NCBI GenBank assembly: GCA_000025185.1
Contig: CP001848.1
Location: 6,090,001-6,122,000 of the forward strand
Reading direction: 5' to 3'
DNA from: Pirellula staleyi DSM 6068
GTDB taxonomy: Bacteria; Planctomycetota; Planctomycetia; Pirellulales; Pirellulaceae
Length of the DNA: 32,000 nt
A model generated the notes under the pieces. It saw nothing but the letters and a program-made list of their open reading frames with translations, did not search any database and was not told the DNA's origin. The translations under genes were made by a program, and so were the position numbers. Position 1 is the stretch's first letter; each line of letters opens with the position of its first letter. Below, piece after piece: positions 1 through 8,306 of the stretch.

Positions 1-1
1 C

Positions 2-811
2 TGCCTCGCCACCCAAAACTTCGAACTGGCTCGGCGTTTCTACCCACCGGGCTTCGTCTGGAGCAACAGTCACTACAACTCCCCAGGCTTTACCGACGGC
101 TCTCTCTTCCTACAGATCCTGCCGTATGTCGAAGAGGTGAATCGCCTACAGAAGGCGGAAGATAACAACAGTGCTTTCTACGCCATCACGTACGAAAGCC
201 TTCCGCCGAAGGTGATGATGAACCCTTGCGATCCAACGCTCCCTAGCAATGGCTCGCAGTACCACCCCGGCACAAAGATCAACTATGCCGTTGGCTGCTA
301 TGCCGCCAATGCCCAGGTGTTTGGCTGCATCACGAAGAACAACGCCAATAGAGCGTTCCCGGCGACCGTGCGAACGCATGTTCCTGCTTACGTGCTCGAC
401 GGACTTTCAAACACCATCGGATTCGCCGAGAAGCAGTCGATTTTGCGGAGCACCACCAGCTATAGCGAAGTGACCTATTTCGCTTACTCCAACACCAACT
501 ATGTCGGTCACATACCTGTCTTCGCGATGAAGCAGTCCGACATCATCACCCCGATTCGCTACGCCGGTTCGGGCAGTCTCGCGGTCCCCGCGAACGCCGT
601 GGGACCTGAGTCAAAGTTTCAAATCACTCCGAAAGTGAGTGGCACCGTGAATCTTGCTGATTGGCAGCGGTGCCACGCCCCACGTTCTTCCGGCATCATG
701 GTCGCACTGCTGGATGGCAGTGTCCGCATGGTCAGCAGCAGTGTGGATAAGAACGTCTGGTGGGGTGCTGTTACACCGCAAGGGAAAGAGATACTTGCGA
801 GCAACTGGTAA
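2..811 (+). CDS. DUF1559 / H-X9-DG-like (pseudopilin-associated) protein, C-terminal part; 5' end lies outside the window
   Basis: The frame is open from base 2, with no stop upstream of the tracked Met at 137. Motifs DGLSNTIGFAEK and H-x12-DGSVRMV...VWW resemble planctomycete DUF1559 proteins. Stop TAA at 809-811. Confidence 0.85.
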   Translation, partial: CLATQNFELARRFYPPGFVWSNSHYNSPGFTDGSLFLQILPYVEEVNRLQKAEDNNSAFYAITYESLPPKVMMNPCDPTLPSNGSQYHPGTKINYAVGCYAANAQVFGCITKNNANRAFPATVRTHVPAYVLDGLSNTIGFAEKQSILRSTTSYSEVTYFAYSNTNYVGHIPVFAMKQSDIITPIRYAGSGSLAVPANAVGPESKFQITPKVSGTVNLADWQRCHAPRSSGIMVALLDGSVRMVSSSVDKNVWWGAVTPQGKEILASNW

Positions 812-874
812 GCGATATCCGGGGCTTACCGGAAGCTTGCAAGCTATTTCTATCCCTTGTTTTTTCCACGATGT

Positions 875-917
875 GCGGGCGCTTTCACGATCGCAAAACG
901 GTGGTGGAAGCGCCCGC
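875..917. terminator. GC-rich hairpin between convergent genes
   Basis: 10-bp perfect inverted repeat GCGGGCGCTT (875-884) / AAGCGCCCGC (908-917) with a 23-nt loop. No clear U-tract. Confidence 0.35.
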
Positions 918-945
918 CTCGAGGCGTTTCTTCGATTCCGCTCTG

Positions 946-1437
946 CTATTTCCCCAAATCAACAGCGGGGACTGGCACCGGCGTTGGCACGTCGGAGATC
1001 GGTGCCACAGGAGCCGTTTGACAGGTGCCACAAGGAATCACGCGGCAAACCTTAAACGCTTGTCGCTCGATGACCTCTTCGACTTCGCACTTGGTGCCAC
1101 ATGGTTCTTCGCACGTCACTTCCTTCTTGACCAGCACCTTTTTCGTGCGAGCACACGCCTGGCACTCGCGGCAGCAATCGCAGCCGAAGGGAAGCGATGC
1201 TTTATGGAGACAGAAGGGAACTTCCTTCACCTCGTAGACGGTTTTCTTCGTCACCTTTTTGGCTGGCACCATCTTGCAGCGGTGCACCACGACGTCGCGA
1301 TACTCGATCACTTCTTCAGTACGGCAATTGGCGCAGCGATGCCCAGTGCCTAGCGCCTCACCGGCAAGCGTCAGACCAGCAGCGGTGAGTGAAACGATGG
1401 CGACGATCGCCGACGTGGTGAACGACAAATCGCGCAT
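946..1437 (-). CDS. Secreted cysteine-rich hypothetical protein
   Basis: Signal-peptide-like N-terminus (MRDLSFTTSAIVAIVSLTAAGLTLAGEA). 15 Cys in 163 aa, arranged in CxxC/CxC clusters between K/E/V-rich segments. GAGGAG lies 7 nt upstream of ATG 1437. The competing + strand ORF 760-1353 looks like noise. Confidence 0.7.
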   Translation of the reverse strand: MRDLSFTTSAIVAIVSLTAAGLTLAGEALGTGHRCANCRTEEVIEYRDVVVHRCKMVPAKKVTKKTVYEVKEVPFCLHKASLPFGCDCCRECQACARTKKVLVKKEVTCEEPCGTKCEVEEVIERQAFKVCRVIPCGTCQTAPVAPISDVPTPVPVPAVDLGK

Positions 1438-1653
1438 GACGAAGTTCTCCTCGAGCTAGGGCGGATAGGCACGACGATGATCCCAGCGTGTCGCACGCCG
1501 TCCTATGGAGATCACTTCGTCAGGGAAAGAGCCCTGGGAACATAGCCTGCCGGCCTCTTAACGCGGATTTACCGATTGTAATGATCGGCGATTCCGCATT
1601 TTTGGCAGAGCTTCGCTAGACGGCAAAGTTTACCACGCGCTGTCAGGACTTCG

Positions 1654-2124
1654 TTAAGCCTGCGGACGAGGACGGGTTCGCTGCCAGCGCGAAAGAACAT
1701 CCTCAATGACCAGCGGCATCGTGCGGTTAGGGGGACCGGGAGCTGAGCTGTAGTGGGCTGCGCGAATCTTCTGGTTCATTTCGTCGACAGCATCGCGCAC
1801 CGCTTGCTCGGTCGCTAGGCGATCGAGCGCAAGCCAAAACCGTTCCACTTCGCGCGCGATGGCCAGTGCCGGTGGCAGTAGCTCGAGTTGTTCGCGCCGC
1901 AACTTCTCGCGAATCCACCACTGCTCATCGTGCACATTATCGATCCCTGGAATCGGCTTTCCAAAACCAGGAAGCGATTGAAACTTTCCCTCTTGCTGAG
2001 CCGCTTGGATGCGCGACTCGGCCAGAGCGTTCCAGTTAATCGGCCCCTTCGGCGATTGCTCGTCGGCGGCAATGAACTTCGGATCGTTCGACCCCTCGGG
2101 CAGGTTTTCAGGTTGGTCGTTCAT
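1654..2124 (-). CDS. DUF1992 (DnaJC28 C-terminal-like) domain protein
   Basis: ATG at 2124, 12 nt after the rnr stop. The segment ESRIQAAQQEGKFQSLPGFGKPIP plus the following helical region match the DUF1992 pattern as I remember it. Confidence 0.8.
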   Translation of the reverse strand: MNDQPENLPEGSNDPKFIAADEQSPKGPINWNALAESRIQAAQQEGKFQSLPGFGKPIPGIDNVHDEQWWIREKLRREQLELLPPALAIAREVERFWLALDRLATEQAVRDAVDEMNQKIRAAHYSSAPGPPNRTMPLVIEDVLSRWQRTRPRPQA

Positions 2125-2136
2125 CGCGCTACGTTC

Positions 2137-5004
2137 CTATCGCCCTTTTTTGCGTCCCTTTTTCCCCTTACCACCCCCACCACCAAAGCTGGGCTTGCTG
2201 CCGGGAAACTTTTTCTTCTTACCGCCAGAGCCAAACGATCCCCCCGAGCGATCTCCGCCACCACTACTTCGCCCCCCACCGCTGCGACTGCCAAAGGACT
2301 TGCCACGCGATCCGCCACCCTGATAGCCGCCACGAGCCCCACCTTCGCGAGGCGGGCCACGATCAGGAAACTCGGGACGACTTCCCTCGTCGCGCCGAGG
2401 AGGAAAATCGGCATCGTTTTGCATTTCGTCAGGAACATCCTGCCGCATCCGCACGCCACTTCTCGGCAAGCGACTCAGATGGGTCCGATCCGACTTCAAT
2501 CGTCCGACGAATCGGAAATCGAGTTCGCGTCGATCGACATCGACCTTGGCAACCGACACGCGGAGTACGTCCCCCAGGCGGAAGCGATTTCCCGCGCGAC
2601 GACCTGTCAGCGAATGCGTGTCGCTATCGAACTTGTAGTAGTCATCTTCGAGCGACTGTATGTGAATCAAACCTTCCGCTGGAAGATCGATCCCCATCAC
2701 AAAAATCCCAAACTCCTCGACACCGGTGATCACGGCGTCCATTTCGCTGCCGACACGTTTTGATAAATAGCCGAGCAGTTTGACCTTGATCAGATCCCGC
2801 TCCGCTGCTTGAGCACGCTGCTCGCGCTCGCTGCAATGCTCGGCCAACAGCACTTGCGACGCAAAGTCGGCGGCAGGCTTTTTGCCATGAATCAGCGACC
2901 GCAGCATCCGGTGGATCGTTAGGTCGGGATAGCGCCGAATCGGCGAAGTGAAGTGGCAATAGTGCTCGCTATGCAACGCATAGTGCCCCTCCACAGCCGG
3001 GCTGTAAATCGCCTTTTGCATCGCACGCAACACGGCGTAGTTCACCGCATGCTCTTCCGGCGCGCCAGCCACTTCCTTAATCACACGCTTGATCTCGAAT
3101 CGGCTTTCGAGACTATCGCATTCGATCCCAAGTTCGCGCACAAACTTGGTCAGCACTTGCAGCTTACGCAGGTCGGGATTTTCGTGAATACGCCTTAAAA
3201 ACGGCAACTCTTTTTCGTTCAGGTGACGAGCCACCGCTTCGTTAGCGGCGAGCATAAACTCTTCGATGATCTGATGACTCTCGGTGTTCTTCGAGAGATG
3301 AGCACCGGAGACTTCCCCCTTCTTATCGAGGTCGATCTTCGTTTCAGGAAGCGAAAGCTCAATGGCCCCCCGCTCCAAACGCCGACGACGCAAAATCATC
3401 GCCAGCTCGTGCATCACGCCCAGCAGCTCGTGAACCTGTGGCTTCAACTTCTTTTTCCAAGCCTGTCGATCAGCCAGGTAGTCATCCACTTCCTCGTAGG
3501 TGAAGCGGCGACAGCTCTTGATGGCCGACAAGTAGAACTCGCTATGGAGCGGCGTCCCTTCGGGCGAAAACTCGATGATCGCCGTTTGTGCATAACGGAC
3601 TTTGTCAGGCTGTAAGCTCGCCAAGTTGTTGCTGATGATTTCGGGCAACATCGGGAGCACACGGTCGGGCAAATAGACGCTCGTAGCGCGGTCGCGTGCC
3701 TCACGATCGAGCACCGACTTCGGTTTCACGAAGTGCGAAACGTCAGCGATATGAACACCCAGCTGATAGTTGCCACTTTCCAGCTTGGTAAGTGAAATCG
3801 CATCGTCGAAATCGCGGGCATCGACAGGATCGATCGTAATGATGGTGGTTTTCGTAAAGTCGCGGCGATCGCCAATCGACTCATCGAATTTTTCCGCTTC
3901 TTCACGCGAGGCAGCGAGCACCGCTTCGGGAAATGCTTCGGGCAATTCGTACTCGCGCATGATCGACAGCGTGTCGATTCCGGGAGTGCCACGTGCTCCC
4001 AGCACCTCGGTAATCACCGCTTCCCCTTCATGCGTGTGCGAAGGGAACCGGACCATTTCGATCACGACCTTGTCGCCCGGCGCGGCACCTTTCGCACCAG
4101 GATCGCCGACCGAAATTGGCACGGCAAACACGCGCCCGTCGACTTCCACCACACCGCTGCCGCGCTGCTCTTGATAGACGCCGACAAACTGGTGGGTATC
4201 GCGCTCGAGAATCTCCACGATCTCGCCCGACTTCCGCAAACTGCGACCACCCGAGACCAGCCGCACGCGCACAATATCGCCATTGGCCGCATCTTGCGAA
4301 GCGTTTTGGGGGATGAAAATATCCTGGGTCCGGTCGCCTCGGCTGGTGACGTCGAGGGGACGGACAAAACCGAAACCAGCAGCAGCTCGCTTGAACTTGC
4401 CAGTGACCGTTTTGTCCTTGCCGCGGCGCGATGGCTTCTCTTTCAGCTTCGCAGCACGCATGGCGAGAAAGTCATCCGGATCGACCTCGGCGCTGCTGTC
4501 AGCGGCAGCTTCCTCAGCGGCAAATGCTTCCGCTTCGTCGAGCGTTTCATCGGCGAGATCATTCACCACATCGTCGGGCAGATCATCGTCGGTACTCTCG
4601 ACCGCAAGATCGCGAGCCGGTTTCGATTTTTTCGTACCCTCGCGAGCCTTCGCACTCTCGGGCGGAAGCGGTGGCAGGAGATCCGGCTTGCGGACCATGT
4701 GCGACGAGCCATAGGCCAGTTTGCCTGCCTTCACCAGCCGACGAATGGCCAGCTTGAGAGCCGGAAGTTGATCGCTGCGGAGCTTCATCTGCTTCGCAAT
4801 GACCTTGGGCTTTACCGGCTGATAGTTTTTGGCGAGCACATGAGCGAGCACCAGGGGCTCGAGCTTGCGTGCTGCGGGCGAGTCTTTCTCGAGCGGAAAA
4901 TCCGCTGGCGACTCGGGAAGCTCGGATAATGGCGAGCTATCAGAAATAGAGGAGGATTCGGGGAGGGGACGATCAGATTGTTCTTCAAATTCAGGCAAAT
5001 TCAT
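2137..5004 (-). CDS. rnr: Ribonuclease R (RNase II/VacB family 3'-5' exoribonuclease) with long disordered N- and C-terminal extensions
   Basis: RNB core motifs ITIDPVDARDFDDAISL, HIADVSHFV, SVYLPDRVLPMLPE and HFTSPIRRYPDLTIHR. S1-like segment GSEMDAVITGVEEFGIFV and a G/R/S/K-rich tail. The tracked ORF starts at TTG 5079; I prefer the first ATG (MNLPEFEE) at 5004. Start is uncertain by 75 nt. Confidence 0.93.
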   Translation of the reverse strand: MNLPEFEEQSDRPLPESSSISDSSPLSELPESPADFPLEKDSPAARKLEPLVLAHVLAKNYQPVKPKVIAKQMKLRSDQLPALKLAIRRLVKAGKLAYGSSHMVRKPDLLPPLPPESAKAREGTKKSKPARDLAVESTDDDLPDDVVNDLADETLDEAEAFAAEEAAADSSAEVDPDDFLAMRAAKLKEKPSRRGKDKTVTGKFKRAAAGFGFVRPLDVTSRGDRTQDIFIPQNASQDAANGDIVRVRLVSGGRSLRKSGEIVEILERDTHQFVGVYQEQRGSGVVEVDGRVFAVPISVGDPGAKGAAPGDKVVIEMVRFPSHTHEGEAVITEVLGARGTPGIDTLSIMREYELPEAFPEAVLAASREEAEKFDESIGDRRDFTKTTIITIDPVDARDFDDAISLTKLESGNYQLGVHIADVSHFVKPKSVLDREARDRATSVYLPDRVLPMLPEIISNNLASLQPDKVRYAQTAIIEFSPEGTPLHSEFYLSAIKSCRRFTYEEVDDYLADRQAWKKKLKPQVHELLGVMHELAMILRRRRLERGAIELSLPETKIDLDKKGEVSGAHLSKNTESHQIIEEFMLAANEAVARHLNEKELPFLRRIHENPDLRKLQVLTKFVRELGIECDSLESRFEIKRVIKEVAGAPEEHAVNYAVLRAMQKAIYSPAVEGHYALHSEHYCHFTSPIRRYPDLTIHRMLRSLIHGKKPAADFASQVLLAEHCSEREQRAQAAERDLIKVKLLGYLSKRVGSEMDAVITGVEEFGIFVMGIDLPAEGLIHIQSLEDDYYKFDSDTHSLTGRRAGNRFRLGDVLRVSVAKVDVDRRELDFRFVGRLKSDRTHLSRLPRSGVRMRQDVPDEMQNDADFPPRRDEGSRPEFPDRGPPREGGARGGYQGGGSRGKSFGSRSGGGRSSGGGDRSGGSFGSGGKKKKFPGSKPSFGGGGGKGKKGRKKGR

Positions 5005-5136
5005 ACAACTACTGTGACGCACCCCAGGCTCAATGCCAAGGGGCAAACCAACAAAAAACCTTTCCAAAACATGTGTCAAAACAAAGACTTACAACCAAAC
5101 TTGGCTGCATAGCAAAGTGTACGCTGCGGCTCGCGA

Positions 5137-6285
5137 TTAGCAAGCTAGATGCGCGGGACCTGCCGGGGGTTCACTTAAAACTCCCAAACCGTTGGGGCTA
5201 AAGTGGTTCGAGCCACCCGGTAAATGCCGACAAATCTCGCGCAAGGCTGCAGGAGTGCCATCGAGAAACGGTCGATGCGTGGCGATCGAGACCCGCTGAT
5301 CTTCCACCCCTTCGAGGAAATCGAAAAAGTGCCGCTCCTCGAAGCTCTCGATGTTCGTCCAGCGACCAGCATTCATACTTTGCAAAAAGTGGGCATTAAT
5401 CATCTGCTCGTGGTGATCTTCTTCCGGAAGCGCCAGCACTGGCTTACCGAGATAAAGTGCCTCGCCAAGCGACTGATTACCAGCCGCTCCCACTAGTGCA
5501 CGGCACTGGGCCAGATCGTCGACAAACGTCGTTTCACTCACAGGAAAAAACCGGAGTGGCCCTTCGCTCGGTCGTGATCCTAAACCATACACCCGCACCT
5601 CTTGGCGGCTCTTGCGGAGCACATCGAGCACCTGCCGAGGGGTGTTGGGGCGTAGGTAGCTCAGCAAAAAATCCCCGGTTTCCGCTTGCTTCTCCCGAAT
5701 CTCGGGACGCAGCAATGGGCCCACCTGCAGCACATGCTCGTATTTCTTACGCAGCGGCGCGCGAAAGAAACTCGAGACAATCGTCGCCTGCTGTCCCGTG
5801 TGATGGGCGTGCACCGCGAGCTTCATCAGCTTGGCATAGTGCCGCAGCCGCGTGGGGAGGGACGATAGATCGCAAGCGACCAAAAAATGCTGATGATTGA
5901 GACTCAAAAACGGTATACCAGCCGCTCGTGCCGCGCGTGGAAGCGACGGTTCGAAGTCGGCGATCACCAGATCGGGTCGCTCCTCTTGAATCGTCCGCCT
6001 CAGACTTCGCACCAGCCCTGGCAGCCGCCACAGGTACCCCAGGCCATGAGCAATGCTCTTCATTAAATCGAGGCGACCACGCGAGTAGTGAAACCGGAGC
6101 CCCGGAAGCGGCCGAACTTCCACATTCGGAAAGCCTGCCGGATAGCGCGGGGCCAGAAACTCATATGCTTGATCGGGAGCGAACAAAACGAGCTGATGCT
6201 CGTGCCTCAATTGCTCGACAACCGAGCGTACACGTGTCGCATGACCGCGACCTTCTCCTGCCATGCTGTAAAAAATCTTAGCCAT
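5137..6285 (-). CDS. GT-B glycosyltransferase, MurG/MGT-like (MJ1255/TIGR00661-type)
   Basis: N-terminal MAGEGRGHATR and C-terminal GAAGNQSLGEALYLGKPVLALP...EQMINA motifs. AGGAG lies 9 nt upstream of ATG 6285. The gene is 35 nt downstream of the LpxH-like gene. Confidence 0.85.
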   Translation of the reverse strand: MAKIFYSMAGEGRGHATRVRSVVEQLRHEHQLVLFAPDQAYEFLAPRYPAGFPNVEVRPLPGLRFHYSRGRLDLMKSIAHGLGYLWRLPGLVRSLRRTIQEERPDLVIADFEPSLPRAARAAGIPFLSLNHQHFLVACDLSSLPTRLRHYAKLMKLAVHAHHTGQQATIVSSFFRAPLRKKYEHVLQVGPLLRPEIREKQAETGDFLLSYLRPNTPRQVLDVLRKSRQEVRVYGLGSRPSEGPLRFFPVSETTFVDDLAQCRALVGAAGNQSLGEALYLGKPVLALPEEDHHEQMINAHFLQSMNAGRWTNIESFEERHFFDFLEGVEDQRVSIATHRPFLDGTPAALREICRHLPGGSNHFSPNGLGVLSEPPAGPAHLAC

Positions 6286-6320
6286 CGGGAATCGCTCCTG
6301 GGAAAGGTGCTCGTTCCGAA

Positions 6321-7205
6321 TCAGACGGCGACTGGCAGGCGAGGTTGTGCGATCACAAGTTGTTCGTTGATCCGGCGCATTTCTTGGGAAAATCCGATTT
6401 CTTTCGGAGGGGACAGCTGCACTGGACAGCTGTTTTCGCTATCAAAATCGAGATGCAGCACCTCGAGCGAACCGTCGGTGTACTCCATCAATGCCGACCG
6501 ATTCTCGACCCAGTCTCCCGTGTTGAAATAGTCGACCCCATGCCAGCGCGTAGCCGTTGGGGTATGCACATGCCCGCAAATCACCCCCTGGCAATCGTGA
6601 TCCATCGCCGCTGCTGCCAGGCGCTGCTCGAAGTTGCTGACAAACTTCACCGCCTGCTTCACTTGACGCTTGACCGAGCTGCTTAAATAGCACGGCGCGA
6701 AACCGGCGAACCGCCGAACGCGGTCGACCCGATTGCTCAGCCACATCAGCGAGTCGTAGGCCACGGAACCAACGACCGAAAGCCACTGCGCGCGAATCTC
6801 GACGTTATCAAACTGATCGCCATGCAGCACCAAAAACCGCTGACCTTCGGAGGTCACATGAATGAACTGATCGGCGACATGGACAAAACCAAAATCGACG
6901 AGAAAGTGACGGAGAAAACTGTCGTGATTTCCAGGGGTATAACGGACAATCGTCCCCCGATTTCCGAGTTCGAACAGTCGCTTCAGGATCTTGTTGTAGA
7001 TGGGAGTCCAGTGCCACGACTTGCGAAGCCGCCAACCATCGACGATATCGCCGACAAGGTAGAGATACTCGGGCTCGTGTCGCTCGAGAAATGCGAGGAG
7101 CGCTTCGGCCTGTGAATAATGACAGCCTAGATGCGTATCGCTCAGAAAAACGGTGCGGACCCGACGCCGGGGCCTTCCTTGGCAATGAATCATGGCGGCC
7201 CTCAT
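6321..7205 (-). CDS. LpxH-family metallophosphoesterase (annotated type: UDP-2,3-diacylglucosamine diphosphatase)
   Basis: Ordered calcineurin-like motifs FLSDTHLG, LVGDIVDGW, PGNHD, VLHGDQFD and GHVHTP. The tracked ORF starts at GTG 7256. ATGs at 7205 and 7193 are closer to the first motif, so the start is uncertain. Confidence 0.85.
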   Translation of the reverse strand: MRAAMIHCQGRPRRRVRTVFLSDTHLGCHYSQAEALLAFLERHEPEYLYLVGDIVDGWRLRKSWHWTPIYNKILKRLFELGNRGTIVRYTPGNHDSFLRHFLVDFGFVHVADQFIHVTSEGQRFLVLHGDQFDNVEIRAQWLSVVGSVAYDSLMWLSNRVDRVRRFAGFAPCYLSSSVKRQVKQAVKFVSNFEQRLAAAAMDHDCQGVICGHVHTPTATRWHGVDYFNTGDWVENRSALMEYTDGSLEVLHLDFDSENSCPVQLSPPKEIGFSQEMRRINEQLVIAQPRLPVAV

Positions 7206-7409
7206 TAGGTTGTAGTGATTGGTCCGCTGCAAATCCTCGAGCAGCCGACCCTTCACCCAGGAAGTCTCTAGAACTCCTTCTTACCCATAGTCGCCCGCTG
7301 GCTTTAGTTCTTCGTGAGGTATTGATGAATTGCTCGCGAAGTGCGCACAATTTCTGACAGAATTATGCTGCACTTTCGCCAGAATTGCGCCACAGTTGCT
7401 TGAAACTTC

Positions 7410-7436
7410 GTCACGACCTCTTCAAGAGATCGTGAC
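7410..7436. promoter_or_regulatory. 27-bp near-perfect palindrome in the 435-bp gap upstream of the LpxH-like operon
   Basis: GTCACGACCTCTTCAAGAGATCGTGAC: 12 of 13 half-site positions are complementary. Confidence 0.35.
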
Positions 7437-7691
7437 TGAGTCCACAAGACTGATGAAGAAGCGGTGAAGAAACCGGCCCACTGTTCCACCGATTGCGCCG
7501 TGCTTACGAGAAAAGTGCCAGCCAACTGCACCTATCTTTGAGAGCTTCCGCCATGACTGCGGAGCCCGCCACAAGCCAGTCTTCCAATGAAAGATGTTGC
7601 AGGAGCTAGTGGGCACGGCGCACAACAACATGCTTCAGGCAGTGTTCTTGAATCTGCCGAATCTGACTCAAGAGCGTTTAGCGTTTGTTGA

Positions 7692-8090
7692 CTACTGTTC
7701 CTTAATCCCATCAATGACGTCCGGCGTGCCACGAGCACTTTCGTAAAAGATTCTTAGCATCGGCCGTCCCTTCTCATCTTTGCCAGCAAATTCACTCCGG
7801 ACATGTTTCCAGCCGTCGGGAAGGAATGCTAAGGGTTTACTCCAGCTGATTTCTCCCTTGTCATTGATCTTGAATTCCTTAAATTCCCCTGCCTCTTCGT
7901 CACGGTAGGTCGACTTACGAATTTCAATCTCCCCCAGATTAATCAGCGAGGCACCCGAGATTTTCATCAATGTGTAGAGCCCCTCGGGAACGGGCCCCTT
8001 CTCTGCTGCGTCCGACGCAGATGTGCAAACCATCGACCCAGCCAACATAGCGCACGACAACACCAACGAAACGTAGCGAGCTTGAATCAT
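7692..8090 (-). CDS. Small secreted hypothetical protein
   Basis: The internal ATG at 8090 gives MIQARYVSLVLSCAMLAGSMVCTSASDA, a signal peptide, followed by a K/E-rich soluble domain. The upstream part of tracked ORF 7692-8243 has no protein-like character. Confidence 0.65.
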   Translation of the reverse strand: MIQARYVSLVLSCAMLAGSMVCTSASDAAEKGPVPEGLYTLMKISGASLINLGEIEIRKSTYRDEEAGEFKEFKINDKGEISWSKPLAFLPDGWKHVRSEFAGKDEKGRPMLRIFYESARGTPDVIDGIKEQ

Positions 8091-8267
8091 AAACTGGAAC
8101 CTTATGAATGGAGAAACGAACCAACTACGAAAAGTGAGCACTGAAAAACGGATGCGTTCATCTGGAACATGGCTGCAGTGGCTTAGGGCTTCGCACGGAA
8201 ACCGCGACGTTGCGTGGCTCGCAAGTGACCTCCCGTTTCTCACAACGAAGTTCGTGGTTACCGATCG

Positions 8268-8293
8268 CTGGCAGGTGGAATCGGCACTGCCAG
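8268..8293 (-). terminator. Hairpin 14 nt downstream of the yhaM-like stop
   Basis: CTGGCAG (8268-8274) / CTGCCAG (8287-8293): 7-bp stem, 12-nt loop, no U-tract. Confidence 0.3.
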
Positions 8294-8306
8294 TCGCGCA
8301 AACGAT

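Noticed and set aside
760-1353. 197-aa plus-strand ORF opposite the Cys-rich gene
   Set aside because: The translation looks random. The minus-strand ORF has a signal peptide, an SD-like GAGGAG and an ordered Cys pattern.
1888-4929. Plus-strand ORFs 1888-2763 (291 aa) and 4030-4929 (299 aa), plus several shorter ones
   Set aside because: They are antisense or out of frame to rnr and the DUF1992 gene. The translations are low-complexity and Arg/Pro/Ser-rich.
5005-5079. Upstream extensions of tracked ORFs (rnr 5005-5079, secreted protein 8091-8243, ferredoxin 13167-13208, porin-like 26714-26845, hypothetical 15054-15140)
   Set aside because: The extensions start at non-ATG codons or precede obvious signal peptides or conserved N-termini. 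The internal ATG starts give canonical N-termini.
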